This document shows positions 32,851-63,640 of a stretch of 64,000 nucleotides of DNA, in pieces. The DNA lies in the NCBI RefSeq assembly GCF_052425735.1, contig NC_135768.1, positions 4,154,001 to 4,218,000 on the forward strand, in the 5' to 3' direction. The notes under the pieces were generated by a model. That model ran no database searches. It was not told the DNA's origin and was given only the letters and a program-made list of their open reading frames with translations. This DNA is from Oculina patagonica (Eukaryota). Made by a program: the position numbers and the translations under genes. Positions within the stretch are counted from its first letter, which is position 1. Every line of letters begins with the position of its first letter.

Positions 32851-35302
32851 TTTTAGAAAACATTGTGCTATGTCAGCAGTCAAGTAAGTGAAACATGTGA
32901 AGTTGACAAAAGTCAATACAGAATACACTGCAGTTAATTTTGAAAAGCTGACTTTGCTCTGACCTTAAAAGCTTTCCCTGAAAGTTCCTGAGAAACCTAC
33001 TTTTATCACAGGGTACCCACATGTTCTAAAGCCCTGTATTATAACCAGGAAAGAAAAAAAATGGATTTACCAAGTTTTGGTGTGCGTTTGTGTAAGGATT
33101 TACACCGAAACTGGGGCTTATTCTGGGGTTTATAAACAGGATTGCAATCTGAGTTTGGGTTCCCTGTGCTGCCATTGGCAGTTAATAATAAGGATACTGT
33201 GACAACCCAGATTTTTTTAAGGAAAAAGAAAAAAACACAAAATCAAGCACAAAAAGCAAATCAAGCAAGGGGTTGAGCAAAGTGGAACATGAAAGCACGC
33301 TAAGAGCTGTAGTGTTAGCTATTCTTGACCTTGACTGACCTTGACTCCCACGATCAACTTCAGCTACCTGCCGCTACGTCAGGCTGCGTCACCAGATCGG
33401 TGTTGCGTGACTAAACGGAAAACACCCGTTTGGGACTGGGTACTAAAGTCCTCCGTCTCCAGCCTCTTGCTCACTCACTTTCGCTCCAAGGCAAATCGCT
33501 GAAGCCGATTTTGCTACTGTCTAATATTTTTAAAGATCTCAGAGAACAACTAACAGGTGGGTAATTATGTTCTCCTTTGTACACAACACTTTTAAATCTC
33601 ACTCACTTTCGGGGCTAAGCGTAAAATCTGTCAACTGAAACACGCATCGGCAGGCGAAAGGAAAATTTTCCGCGCGATTCCTGTTCGATGTGTCCGTCGG
33701 AATCTTTTCAAAATATTTCATGGTTGCCCTTTTGTTAGAGTCCTATCAAGTGCAAGCATTCAGGCAGAATGGAGATACCCCTTATTGGTTCTGATTCACT
33801 ACTTTTTTAACGTTTTCGTTTCCTTATAGTCGTCGTTAGCTTACAGCTTCCGTTTAATCTCGAGACTGCTTGATGGAACTTCGTATTTCATGCTGAGTCG
33901 ATATAGCTCGCTTTGTGGGCGGTAATTACGAATGACTGCATTTAATCCCTTGTGCTATGATTGTTAAAGATTCTTTCAGCTTGAGGGAATTTTCCGTTAA
34001 TACCTTATATTGCGCTTAAATCTGCGACATCGCTTTCATTTTATAGCGCGAGTAAAGGCGGCAATTATGCCTCGAGGACATATCGTAGCAATTTGTTTGA
34101 TGTCTCCGGAGAGCTAATGATCGGTTTGTAGAGCTTTCGTTCTTAGCCGGGCCTAGAAAATTTACATGTAGTGGCATTTGTTTAATATTATCTCCAACAA
34201 AGGTTGGTTTCAAACAGGATATCCCTTGGGATAATGCAATAATTGCTTTATTAAGCTTCTATGCACCATTCTGCAAAAGCATTGCAGCACATTCACCTGA
34301 TCTTGTCGTACAAGGTCAAAAGTTCTAAATCGTTTTACAAACTCGGGATTGTAAGACGGTATTTTTGGATTGTCTTCGAAGAATTATAAAATGTAAACAG
34401 GAAAAATAACACCGTAAGTATTACGTATGCATGCAATCTGACAACTTATTGATCAGAACTTCGAATTCATTTAATTGATGTGTGATGTCCGATTCGATCG
34501 AGAAGGTTGTTTATTTTAAATCCACTTTCTAGGTACTTAAGCTTAACTACAAGCTCTCTGAGTTTTAGCTTTCAGAGCCGTTTTTTTTTTAAATAAGAGC
34601 TGCATAAAGTTCATAACAATATTCGCATCTTAAAATTTCCTTGTTCTGATCAAAAATTATGTAAATATAATAAACAAATTATACAAATTAAACGTTATTT
34701 CCGCAAAAGCAGTGCTGTCACGTTTTGTGAAAATTGCACTTCTTATATTTTTTTCTGTATAGTAGCAACAAAACAATCATAGAAAAGTTATTTTAATATT
34801 TCAGTTCTTGATTTATATCGGTTCACAGTTGTCTTTTAATTTCCTGTAATCTTCAGGCTTTGTTATGGAGATTGGCAATTGAAACAAATTAATAAACATG
34901 TTTGGGGGTCGGGTTGGTTCAAGGAGTGGATAGCTTTATTTAGTATTTTAAAATGATTTATTTAGTATTTTATAATGATAGCATTTTAAATTAGTTGTAC
35001 ACATATCAAACATATACTAACAGTTACTGATCCATAAAATGCAAGCAATTCATTTTTTCCAACCCAGGTTATTTACCGGTATTTTTTTATGCTAGGTTAA
35101 TAAGTAGAAAATAAAAAGACCTCCCCTTCCTCAATTGTCACTGAACCCCTCTCCACCTTCTTGCTTACCCTCCCCTACCAACTGCTTTTATCACTCGTGT
35201 TGAATATGAGTGGTCTATGTTTCTAAAAAAAATCTAGAACAATACCTTAAACCACTTTGTACTCTGATTCTGTTTTTAAGAGTTTCCACAGCAAGCTTAA
35301 CA

Positions 35303-51757
<16,455 letters not shown>

Positions 51758-53000
51758 CAACACTAAACATGTGATGATAAAGTGTTCTAGAATAGATTTA
51801 CTAGTGTTAGCTACTGTCATATCACACTACTTTTGGCAATTCTTTCTTACAAACGTAAGCTTGACAATAAGATATTTATTTTGTGATGGACTAACAGCCC
51901 AGTTTAATAATTGGTTAAAAATGAAGACAGCTCCCTCCCTCCTCCCCCCCCCCCCCCAAAAAAAAAAAAAATGTTGTGGGACTTAAAATGGCCATGCCAG
52001 CTGTTTGTGATACACAATTTAGCATTGTCAGTTATCTGTTGACTGACTGTTGGCTGTCTGTCGGCAGACATATGGTTGACTGTTGATTGACTAAAGTCTG
52101 TCATTAGTCTGTCTGTCAGAAGTCTGTTGGCAGACTTACAGTACACTGTATGCCAAAATTTACCTGATGATACTTGTGGGGGCCATTCTTTACAATCACG
52201 CAAGAAAATTTCTGAGCTTGTGAGGTTGTGCCTAAGCCATTTCAATCTTGGCCAATGATTTCTTTGATCTTTTTCTGTTGTTTCTAAGCTTTCCAAGAAG
52301 TAACTGAATTAAAAAAAAATTTGATTTAAAGATCTGGGTCAGGTTGTTCGAAAGCTGATTAACACTAACCCAGGATTAAAAGATGATCACTGGTTGAATT
52401 TCTCTTGTATAAAGAATTGCCAAAACTGGTGTAACCCAATTGTTTTGTTTTATAGCTTTGTGAAACTAGATGTCGTTTTCAACTGCATTTCATATGATTA
52501 GTACATTAACTCCATCCTTTTATAAGTTGGAGCACTACTAAATTTTGCATGAATTAGGTAAATTTCTGGTTCTGTTAGGTTGTATTATAAGGTGTTCTAT
52601 GTTCTTTTCAACATTTTTTTTTTTATTAAACTTCAAACTGCCATATCAAGGTTAAGCATTTCAATAAGATTTTGAGTTACCTTCAATTTTTTTTGCAAAA
52701 TTTTGATTGGAATTATTATTATTTTTCTACTTGCAAGTTTTGATTGCAGTGTTATGAGTTTTCGATATAAAATAATTATTGGTAATTATATAATTACTAG
52801 GAATGGAAGGATTTGGACAGTGTTAAAGTGAATATCTTGTATTTCAACCTGAATAGATAATCTCTTTAGATATTAAATTTTACACCAATTACACAAATAA
52901 TGGTACAACTATAGAATGCTTTAAAAATGGCTCAGATTAATTTGCAATAAAACTGATGTTAATTTATCTTGATTTCAAGATAGATTAGAAACAAAAGCTA

Positions 53001-53223
53001 AAGCCTGGTTTTCACTAGCAACGCAAGCACAAGCGCAAGGATAACAGCTCTTTGTTTCTCCGTGAAAACGGCTTCAACTCAAGCAAAAGCACAAGCGCAT
53101 TGCATTTGGATGCTCATGTTTGTGCTTGCGGCAAGCACAAGGAATCCGATCAAAATTTGTCCTTTTTGCATGGTCACGCTTGTGCTTGCGCTTGTGCTTG
53201 CCTCGCTAGTTTAAACCAGGCTT
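53001..53223. mobile_element. MITE with GCACAA repeats
   Basis: TIRs AAGCCTGGTTT..ACTAGC / GCTAGT..AAACCAGGCTT. Confidence 0.7.
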
Positions 53224-53609
53224 AAACATCAAATTAACAGTATGAATCTTTATTGTCATCTAGTATTCAATAGTTAGTGACTAATGTAAAAATTTATGTT
53301 GGAGCTTCGTTCCAAAATTAATTTGACTTACTTTTTATCGATTGTTACATGCAGCTCATAATTATTATGACCCTGTAATATTTACATATTTAGTTCTGTT
53401 TAATTGATCATAATTGTAAATATTTTCAATGTGGGATTTTTTTAATCTCTTTCTTTTCCAGTGTGTAGGAAAGAATAGAATGTAGTTAATTACAATTATT
53501 GTAATCACAATTATATTATCTTTTGATAGTAAATAAACCATTTGATATTTTGTATAAAAAAAACACATTGATTTGTACTTGTGCACAAAAATTCATAACT
53601 GAGAACAAC

Positions 53610-54030
53610 CATGTCATTGGGGTTAGGAACGGCCTAGTCCCTAGACATGCTCTGCTCAAGGGAGTCTGGGCTCTATCGCAAGTGGTGACCTCACCAAAGA
53701 ACATTTGCCGTCTCCTGTCCCAGGCTATGTGCAGTCGCCGAAACATCAGAGAATGCCTACAGAAGTAGCCTGGGTGAGGAATTTAGGATTTTTTTCTGGT
53801 CAAATCTCAGGGAGCATGGAGGTTGATGATTAGGGAGAAGCCGTCTGCATCGGTCCAACAACGCTACACGAACCATACATGACCAAGAAGAAAGACACCT
53901 GGGACGAGGCAGACAGCTTGGGGAAGTATTGAGCCACAGGCAACTCAATGCAATCTTACAATATGAGAAATTATGGTCCCTGTGTCACACAAAGGCACTG
54001 ATAGGATGGACAATGATGAATGATCCGTGT
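53610..54030 (+). mobile_element. Possible degraded RTE-type LINE 3' end
   Basis: Decayed IRER..KWLG and GRP-like remnants plus a CCCTGTGTCACAC..GGCAC..ATAGGAT-like terminus. Weak support. Confidence 0.3.
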
Positions 54031-54516
54031 AAGCACTATTAGGGATGTGACTCTTTATGTTACTCTTTATGTTGGACATTGGGAATTTGATCACTCTACA
54101 GGACACCATATGGAGTTCTTTCCCCCACTGTTGCTGGGCTGTTTAAAGCATAACAAGAGACTTTTAGTAATGAATTTGTTTTAATTTTCATTCTAAACAT
54201 TTGGTAGTGCATGAAAACAGTCTATGACCCATGATTTTCTTTATTCTCATTGCCTCTGTGCTTGACAAAGTATTTCAATTGCAAGAGAAAAAATATTTGA
54301 TCAGTGGGAAATGGGTAAAATTCCACACACAAATGTACTAGTTTTCTCAGCAACCAAGTGCCCACTATTTATGTTCATTGCAGCCCACGCAGGTTTTCTC
54401 TCGGGCTAAGACAGTATGGGACAAGTTTTCTGAGGAAATGGCAGGGCACTTTAGTCAACCCACTGGTAGACTGCAAGGGAGATCAGTGGAATGGATGGAA
54501 TTGATCAATATAATTG

Positions 54517-57500
54517 TTATTCCTTTGGTTTGTTCAAACTTGACAAGTCACCAAAGCTTGCTGTTGCAGAACCACGTGTGGCAGCCTTTTGCTGAAAATA
54601 AAATAAAGATCAGAGTTATAACTGACCAAACCTTGTTCATAATGAAAGGCCACCAGCTAAACAGCATTGGTAGCACCCTTGTAAGTGCTTTAGCACAACT
54701 TGGCTTCTGCACACATTGCGTGCCTATATTACTAGGTAAATGTCTGCAATGTGTGCAAAGGTTCACTGCTACATAGCTTTCTGTACATATTGCTTGCCTA
54801 TAACACTAGTATGCAGGCTTTTAGCCAGGATATAAAAAGTGGGAGTCCAAAATTTTTATAAGGCCTGACTTTGCCCCCATAGGTGGGCCCGAGGAGCATG
54901 CAAGGTGTTTTTCTGCAGTTATAAGTGCAAACGTGTCTAAAAATTTCCAAATTTGCTGAAAAAAAACCTCTGTATACAGTAATTCATATTAAATTTCTGT
55001 GATAAGTGGCCGTCCATAGGACTCCTGGACTACCACCTGGCTAAAAGCCTGCTAGTATGATAGGCCTGCAATGTGTAAAGAGGGCTACAGCTTAATAGCT
55101 CTCTGCACACATTGCATGCCTATAATGCCAGTTAAATTGACCTGCAATGCAATTTGTGCAAAGGCGTACAGCTACATAGCCCTCTGCACACATATCATGC
55201 TTGTAATGCTAGTATGATAGGCTTGCAATGTGTATAAAGGGCTATAGCAACATAGCTCTCTGCACGCATTGCATGCCTATAATACTAGTATGATTGGCCT
55301 GCAATGTGTGCAAAGGGCAATAGCACAATAGCACTCTGCATGCACTGCTGGTCCCATGAGGCTCACCAAAATATTATCAATGATTTTTAACATTCACCTG
55401 AGATTCATGGGGCTTCCAACCAATCATATAAAGCACAAAGAATGTGGCTGGAATTCCACCATCTTCTAGACCATACATATCTGGAAAACATAAAGAAGTG
55501 AAAAGGGAGGCCCAATCAATAAAAGAGTCACCAACTCTTTTTCACTAGACACTTAATTTTTTTGGAAGTGCTACTTAACCCCCAAATTTTTTGTCTGGTG
55601 AATAAATTGTCTTGTTTTCTCTGACCTTTAATCCCCAAAAAACAAAATCAAAGGTTTTCATCTAATGAGAAATCTAACAACTTCATGCCTGATTGAAATA
55701 AACCTAAACCACCAAATCAAAAGTTTTTATCAATTAAGAAATTCTAAAAACTTAATGTCTGATTGAAATAAACTACCAAGCATTTGTATTATGTCACAAA
55801 ATCTCCTATTTACACCCATTAAAGTGACCATAAACATCCCCACCCCTTTTACATGGGAGATTCCCCCACTCCCTCTTAACAGGAATCTTACCCTGGTAAA
55901 TGGAAGAAGCAGCTAGAATTGTGTCTCGGTGTAGCAATGTCTTCCTGTTCCATGCAGCATTGTTTTCACCCATTCCTTTTAGATCATGCATAAGTTCAAG
56001 CATGCTTGGATATCCTATTGTTATCTCATCAAAATCCTAAAAACATAAAACAGCTACAGGTTTACCCTGAATTTCAGCTATCTGCCCTGGTCGCTAACTG
56101 CTGACTGAAATGGAGGCTACTACACTTTACAGGCATCACTAACAAAAGTTATATACTTTGACAGGGCCTGGCTCCATTCATTAAGGGGCAAGGTAGGATT
56201 TGGAAGGAGAGGTCAAACAATAATACTTTTTGTAAAATTCATTAACTATTCACGAGGGTGCAAACCAATCCCAGCACAGTATTCAGATCACATGTACACA
56301 ACTGTAAACCCCAATACAAATCAAACAATAGAATTAACTTTTGATACAAACTCCTGCTCAGCTAATTAGTATTCATTAACTTCTGAAACACATCTCTAAC
56401 GATTCGCATAACAATACCTTGCATTCAATTTATTGTTTTCATTTCACAAGTAGAATAAAATATTCGCGTCCGTTCTGTATGGCTGTTAACAATGGCTCGC
56501 CTATCAGCTCGCCATTGTAAATGCCCATACAGATCTCCTGCTCATATTTTATCTACTACATATAACATATCAATCTCAATCTCATGCTGAGGCTCATCTA
56601 CAAAGTTTATTAGATAAATAGATAGGACCAAGAACAACAAAATAGTGACACAGGTCAGAGCTCCAATCCAGACCACTTAATCACCCACTGAAAATTTACA
56701 ATCCTGTGAAGGTAGCCATTAGAAAATGCTGCAGACGTTCATTTCTCTGACTTTCAGAACTTTACAGTATTTTATTGCTATAGCTAGTCGTGGTCTGCTT
56801 TACAATGATATTGTGAGTCGAAAATTAATTGTTCACTGCTGGTAAAAAAAGTTCCTTCTATTAAACTTACAACTGTTGTCAAAGAGAATCCACTTCTTGT
56901 TAAAAGATTTCCAATATCTCTAACTTCTGCAAATGGTGAAATATGTGCAGCAAATCCCTAAAGAGATTAAAAGCAAAGGCCATTGATTTTGACTGAGTGG
57001 TTTCGCAACCTTCTATTTTGATGCTTGTTTCTTTCCAGGGTTTATTATCAGTGCAGGTCTCTGAATAAATTCTGCATTTTGCAAAGTTGTGCCACTGTAC
57101 TACTTTAATTTGCATCTCCTGTTAATCCTGTCTATCTAGTATGTACAGTACTCTACTCTGCCTAATCACCTACCCTTCCATTTAAATTTTCTATTTAAAT
57201 AACCTACCGAAAAACTCTCACATTCTTGACCTTTTTGCAGTACTATTCAATTCTTAATATATAGCAGTGGCTTCTTTAATATGCACAATCTTTGACCACA
57301 CTAGGTAAGGCCTTTCTATCATTCTCACTCAGTAATACTTCTTCAACTGAACCTTGACTAAATGAGAAGCCACTAGCCAAGCGGCCCATACTGCCGGAGC
57401 TTATCCCGGTTTCCATAGCATTAAGCGGCTAAGAATAATTTTACTCCTCCCTGAATGGGATGCTAGTCCATTGCAGGGTTCCCCCCAGCATTATGTCGCC

Positions 57501-60500
57501 GGTACCCATTTATACACCTGGGTGGAGAGAGGTACTATGAGAGTAAAGTGTCTTGCCCAAGAACACAACACAAGTGACCCCGGCCGGGGCTCGAACTCGG
57601 ACCGCTCGATCCGGAGTCCGGCGCACTAACCATTAGGCCACCGCACCTCCCACCCTTGACTAAATGCTCTCCTATAAATACAATTTTTATATTTTTTTGA
57701 TTGAAGACACTTAACCACTTACAACATATATTTTAGAGTTCAGTATGTCATCCTTTATAACATATTGTTTACCTTACTTAACTTTCACTGTACTACATTT
57801 ACTAACATTGTTCAACTTACATTACTCTACAAACAAAACAAATACATAATAAGTACATGCACGTACTCTCTAGTCTTCATCCACTATTTTGCAACATCAA
57901 TCTGTATGCTGCCATTAGAAGCTTTTCTGGTTCTTTCATCTGAAGACCACCAGTAATCAACCACTCCGCACCCACCCCCCTCTAATAACTGTGCTTCAAA
58001 CAAACTTACCCCCTCCCTCTCAGTTTCAGCCAACTGCAGTGCAGCTCTCAACTGGTAAAGAGTTTCACCACCAAACATGGCCCCGATAAATACTCCATCT
58101 TCCTTCAGGCAGTGAATAATCTATCAAAAAATGCAAAATATTTTTTTTATTGGATCGAGTTCACAAGATAAAGATAAAGATAAACTCAGGCTATGGGCCC
58201 ACACTGGCAAAGCGTGTCCTAGTTTTCACAGATTGAAGCATTTAGGAGTATTTCTACTCATCCTTGATTAGGCTGTTCACAGTCCCCTATTTTATTTGGG
58301 AAGTTGGAGGAGGTTGATTGTTGAGTTTGAGAGGCTGCCATCTTGGTTTCTGAAGGCAGGCAAAAACTGGGGAGAGTGCAAAATGCCTGTGGGTAGGGGC
58401 ACTGGGCACTTTGTACTCTCCACAGTTTTCTCTCGCATTCAGGAACCAATATGGTGGCCTCTTGAACTCAAGGATCGACCTCAATGACTTTACAGAAAAA
58501 TAAGTAACTGTGAACAGTCTACTACTCAATGGGATGCTAGTTCACTGCAGGTTCCCCTCCCCCCACCCACCATTATGCCAGGTCACAGTGTGCTAACCAT
58601 TAAACCACTGCATCTCCTGTGAAACTACTAACAGATGGACTTTAATATTAGGTTCTATATCAGTTGCATTTTATTTATAGGGAACACAACCAATAAATGC
58701 AATTCAATTTAATATACACTGTACCTGTCTAAATGTTCCAGGTAGATCATTAACCCAGTGAAGGCTGCAAATTTAAGGGAAAAAATCAGCAGTGACACTA
58801 CATTTGAGGAGGTGCGTGGTGTAAGAACACCCAAGTGGACTGCAGACAAAAGTTACTGCTTCCAACTAAAAGTCACTTAGAATCTTTTTCAGGGAAAAAT
58901 TTCAATATACTTTCTGCAAATATCTTAATTTGGTGAAAGTACCAAAACTGTTATTTAATATTTTTAAAAATCTCAAACTTGTGCATACCTCAAACTACTG
59001 ACAACAAGATCAAAAGTGTTTTGAGGAAAAGGAAGAAATTCTTCATCTGCGACAACTTTTAGGGTTGAAAATTCACAAGGCTGGCATTGAGTCTAGGAAC
59101 AAAAATGCCACAAATGAACACCAAGCAACTATACATCTCAAATAATTTGTCTTTTTCTGATTTCATACCTACCAGCATATTCTCTGCCATATCTGACATG
59201 ACTAAAGTTCCAACTTGATCCTACAAGAATTATGCAAAAAAAGGTTATTAATTAGGACATAGAAAACATATTGTGGGTTTCTATCAAGTTATAAAAACAT
59301 GAGTGGAAGTTTGTGAGAATGCAAAATGTGTGGGAGTGATTTATGTGCCCACTGGCAGCTTTTTTAAGTTATCCCAAACTTTCTCAAGCACTTATTTCTG
59401 TAACTGAATAGAAAGCTGTAATATTGTAAAACCACTGCTTTCCTCTGGTTTCTAGTATGGAGCTGGGGTTTTTTTGTTTTTTTTTACAAAATACTTAACT
59501 ATTATTAATGATAATAATCCATTTTGATGTCTCTTAGGAACAAAGCTATTCCTTCTCAAAATCCTTTCCATTCATCTTGTAAATATCACCTGAACCAACC
59601 TTTGTTAGGTATTTTGAAATATGCCCCCGTCCACAGCCAAGATCCAAAGCCATAGGAAAATACCTGAGAAAAAAAAGGAATTAAAAGTCAGTTCGAAATA
59701 TCCACTATTTTTTGTGATATATGTGCTAGTTTCTTTTCTATATCATTCTGCAATAGGCCATTTCCGATATATTAAAATTCTAACTTGGCTCCGAGGCTTG
59801 GGGGAATAAAACAAAAGATATCACGTCGAGGTTCAGGAATGAATAAATCATTTCTTTTGTTTTATTCCCCCAAGCCTCGGAGCCAAGTTAGAATATTAAT
59901 ATATCGGAATTGGCCTATTCATTGCACCAATTCATAACAATAAAATAGTCCAAAATTATCTTATAAGAACTTAACAAACATTGCTTTAATTTCATTTTCT
60001 AACATCCTTCACAGTCTATTAACTACACAAAAAACTGTATGATCTAAGAAAACAAAGATAAAATATAGTTCACCTAGCAATGTCTCCTATTCTATCAACC
60101 ATTCTGTCAGCAACCTGAAAACAAAAGGAAATTTCTAATAAGCATATTATTTAATACTACAGCCCAGTGGAGGGAGGAACTTGCATTTTGCTTGATCAGT
60201 TTTGATGCCAATTGGATAGAGTATGATGATATTTTTTAATTTTTACATGTAATGCAACAAGAACTCAAGCTTAACACTCCTAGGTGAGATTAAGAGCATA
60301 CCCAATTCTTCCAGGCTGCATTCCGTGCAAGTTAGGCTGAAGATCTTCTTTCAATACAATCCTTTAAAATCTTGGCATACACTTGACAAATCTTCAGCGT
60401 AAGCTTCGCTTGGAATGCAGTCCTTGGCATCCATTTCACTCTTTCAGGTATTTATATGGGAGTCTCTTCCCCTTCCCCCCCCCCCCCCCTCCTGCCTCCC

Positions 60501-61287
60501 CACCGTGACCTTCGGAAGTAACAAATCACCTAACACTAGACTTACATTAGCTTCCTATGTAGTCTTTTTAGGGGTTATCGTGTTTGGGGTCCAGGCTGCA
60601 TTCTACGTATGTAGGTTACGCATAAGATCTTCGGCGTGGACTTCAAAATTGCGCGGCATACTGACGTATGATCGTAGTTGGCACCTTTGAACTGGCGTAC
60701 AGATGACTTTTTTTAAGTATGAATAATAAGGAACCTTGGAGTAGACCTATAAAAAAACTTGGTGTATCTTTGCCGAGGCGTGTACAGGGAATGTACCCTG
60801 GTTTGGGGAGGAGTGAAATACCATCACCCCTAAAAATGACTGGGTGGGAGGGTAGACCTACATGTACCCAAAGAGCATTTGACCATTATCACTGGTCCAA
60901 TACCAATTGTTTTGTCAGCTTGACATCACAAGGAGCCCTGAGCTGTAATGTCGCTTATACATTTTCCCACCCCTAAACCCCACCCCAAAAAGGGGGTAAC
61001 CCTGTTTGATTTGCAATAACCAGGTGAAAGGGGGGCAAAGCAACAAACGGTGTTATGCTTTCCAATTAACTGTATACCTATTATGAAAATACTAAAGTTC
61101 ATTTTCTTACCTCATCTTTTAAATAATCGTAAACAGCCACATTTTCAGCCAAGGCTGCTCTGTTCTTTTGCCTTCTCTTTGCTTTTCTGTCAAACACATT
61201 CATGATAGCTTCATCTTGACTTCTTGTACTAAAACATCTCACAAGACCTGGCTGCCTCAGCACCGAAACAAGCCTCCGACAGGCCAT
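54517..61287 (-). CDS. NDUFAF5: Arginine hydroxylase NDUFAF5 (mitochondrial complex I assembly factor), 324 aa
   Basis: Exons 61111-61287, 60074-60114, 59600-59663, 59173-59220, 58989-59092, 58725-58764, 58010-58120, 56871-56957, 55892-56036, 55398-55480, 54517-54591 (975 nt). Arg-rich presequence, [54 protein letters not shown]. Confidence 0.96.
54700..55345. repeat. Partly palindromic minisatellite with a unit of about 75 bp
   Basis: Unit TGCACACATTGC..GCCTATAATACTAGTATGATAGGCCTGCAATGTGTGCA. A related copy lies at about 8485-8612. Confidence 0.8.
54814..55051. mobile_element. hAT MITE with 8-bp TSD
   Basis: TIRs CAGGCTTTTAGCCAGG and TSD CTAGTATG. Confidence 0.9.
57365..57653 (-). mobile_element. 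Full-length tRNA-derived SINE
   Basis: A/B-box head at the right end and 13-bp TSD CCTTGACTAAATG (57352-57364 and 57654-57666). Confidence 0.9.
59752..59919. mobile_element. Palindromic MITE
   Basis: Inverted arms of about 65 bp, AATAGGCCA...TGGCCTATT. Confidence 0.8.
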
Positions 61288-61544
61288 TGCAAAAGCACTT
61301 AAAAACGAGTCATTATGAGAGATACGGAGGCCATTTGACAGTAAGAATATCAACCATGTTTTTCAAGCAAACTTGGCCGCCATGATGAACGAGCTTCAAC
61401 TTGGGGAAACTGAGGCGAGTGGCTTGGTAACCGTGTCAAGTAAAGGACTGGTTACTAAGTCAACGCGGGAAGGCGGGAAAATAGAAAAAAAAATTAATTT
61501 TCTTTCGAGATCTTGAAAAATATTTTCTTGCCATTCTCTGAGAT
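61288..61544. promoter_or_regulatory. Probable bidirectional promoter between NDUFAF5 and the OB-fold gene
   Basis: Divergent ORFs at most 257 bp apart. Confidence 0.55.
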
Positions 61545-63640
61545 ATGTTTGAGGAGTGTGTAACTTCGCTAAGGAAGTACATCCAGGAGCGCACAAATGG
61601 AAAATGTGTTCCCCCGTGGAACTGGCTCTTTGTGAAGCTCGCATCGCTTCTTTCTCGCTATCCCTCAGGCATAACAAAAGCGATCATTTTGGCGGAAATT
61701 CAACAGTCATGGAATCAGCACAGTCAATTTCAGGGGCGTTTGGATGGCCAGAAATCGCGAAAGGTTTCTGTTGATTCCGTGTTTGAAAGTCGTCACATAG
61801 GTTATGAATCGATTCTCGAAGCAGTAGTTGAAAGCATAGAGACGGTACCTGGAACACATACAAAAATCGCTATGTTACGAGATCCTTCCAAACGAAAGAA
61901 TACTTTGGGCATGTATCTTCATCAAAAGCTTTACCAGTTGCAAGCAACCTCCGTGAAGAACCTTACTCTCAGATTCACAAGTTGTCGATTGATTCAAGGC
62001 AAAAGTCTATCGTCCGCTGGGCCTAAAGTCCATCTTCTACCTTCCGAAAATGTGGTGATTCTATGCCGGGAAGATGAATTAGCGCGATTTGGTAAGTTTT
62101 CTTCGCTTGAAGGAATTGCTGAAATCCCTCATGCGCATTATGGCCACAACATCAAAGTTGAAGTCGCCGATTTGGGATTTGAAGAAACAGTCCACTTTGC
62201 AAATGGGCAGACGAGCATCAAGCGATTTGTCAAAGTCGTTGATACTGAAGGAATTCATGCAAATCTCTGTCTATGGGATGAACAGCTTTCTATCGCTAAC
62301 TTATTCAAAGAAGGTGACATTTTAGCCATTCAGCAACCTTTTGTGGTGCCAAACCCAGAGGAAATGTTTATACTGGAATATGGTCCTGCGACAGTAATTT
62401 TCTGCATGTCACATGACCCCGAGCAGGAAATTGTTCCAAGTCAAATATCCAGTTCCCAGGGGACCCCTATGAGTGTTATCAAAGACAGTCAAGGGATGCT
62501 GGACTATTCAACATTTCCTGAACAAATCTTTTTCAGCGACATCAGGTCAAGCATGACGAGGGTGACAATATTCTGTACCGTAACTAATGTGGGCACCATG
62601 GAGGTCTTCACGCAGCAGCAGGTCTCAGGACACAAGTTCATTCTTGCTGTCAGTGATAACACTGGATGTCAGACTATTACAGTTTACGATCATGCTAGAA
62701 TTTATTACTATTCACTCTACACTGGCCAGAGCATTTTATTGGAGAATGTTCACACTTCCGGTAAATGTAAACGTAAATGTTGTTTAAAGTAGTCATGCAC
62801 TTAGCTTCATACCTTTCGAGATAGCTAGTTTACAGGCATGCCACTGAAACAGAGGAAACAAATATTTTAATTAACATAAAATAGTTAAAAATCCCAACTA
62901 GCAGGAGACAGATGAGTTGGCCATATACATGCGTGACTGAGGATTTGAACTCGGTAAGACCAAGAACAAAACCAGCTAGTGGCAGAGTGGAGGGTTTGAA
63001 CCCGGGACCTCCGGATCACAACACCAGCACCCTCAACCAATCGGCCACACTGCCTCCTTCCTAAAAGGTCAGAGAAGTGCTCACCATTTACCGTTACTCT
63101 TACAAACAATCAATGAATTATTATTTTCTTGCATTTATTTAAAAAGCTTAAAATTATTTTAACAGAGACTATACCAAGTTACTCATCACAAGAAAGTTCA
63201 CACAACAGCAATACTAACATGTAAACTCTAAAGTTCAATAGTTGACCAAGTGGAAGCATTTTACTCCACCAACAATCATGTTAACCTGGGAAAGCTGCCC
63301 TTTAAATCTCATATTCAAATTATCTTTTGCAGGCTCTAGTTCAACTAGAGGCTTGACCCTTGAAACAAACAACGGAGGAAGGATCTGGAATATTAGTGCA
63401 ATGACGGGATGGCTGGCTACAAAATGCCTGTCATCCCCAGTCCCTGTCAAAGATGTTGTCAACTTTGACCACTGTGTGTGTCAAGCTGTCGTCACGCAAG
63501 TCAACAGTGTTGGTAGCAGTCACGTAATCCGGGTTCATATGTCATGTCGCAGTGAAGTGGATGGCTGTGATGGCAAGTTCTGCTGTCAGAAATGTGGCAT
63601 TACTCGTTTAAATGAAATGCTGAACAAGCCTGGTCAACAG
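61545..63640 (+). CDS. Multi-OB-fold ssDNA-binding-like protein (Cdc24-OB family-like), 3' end outside the window
   Basis: Exons 61545-62760 and 63333-63640 are phase-consistent. Motifs PPWNW..YPSGITKAIILAEI..SW, LWDEQLSIANLF..GDILAI..P, LEYGPAT, KDSQGMLDY, and a C-terminal HxxC..CxxC. The start may lie in a short upstream exon (ATG at 61382). Confidence 0.75.

Noticed and set aside
57570-57653. tRNA genes (also about 10400-10450, 22700-22760 and 5425-5485)
   Set aside because: A/B boxes are present but are fused to repeat bodies, some with TSDs, and lack an intact cloverleaf. They are SINE-type repeats.
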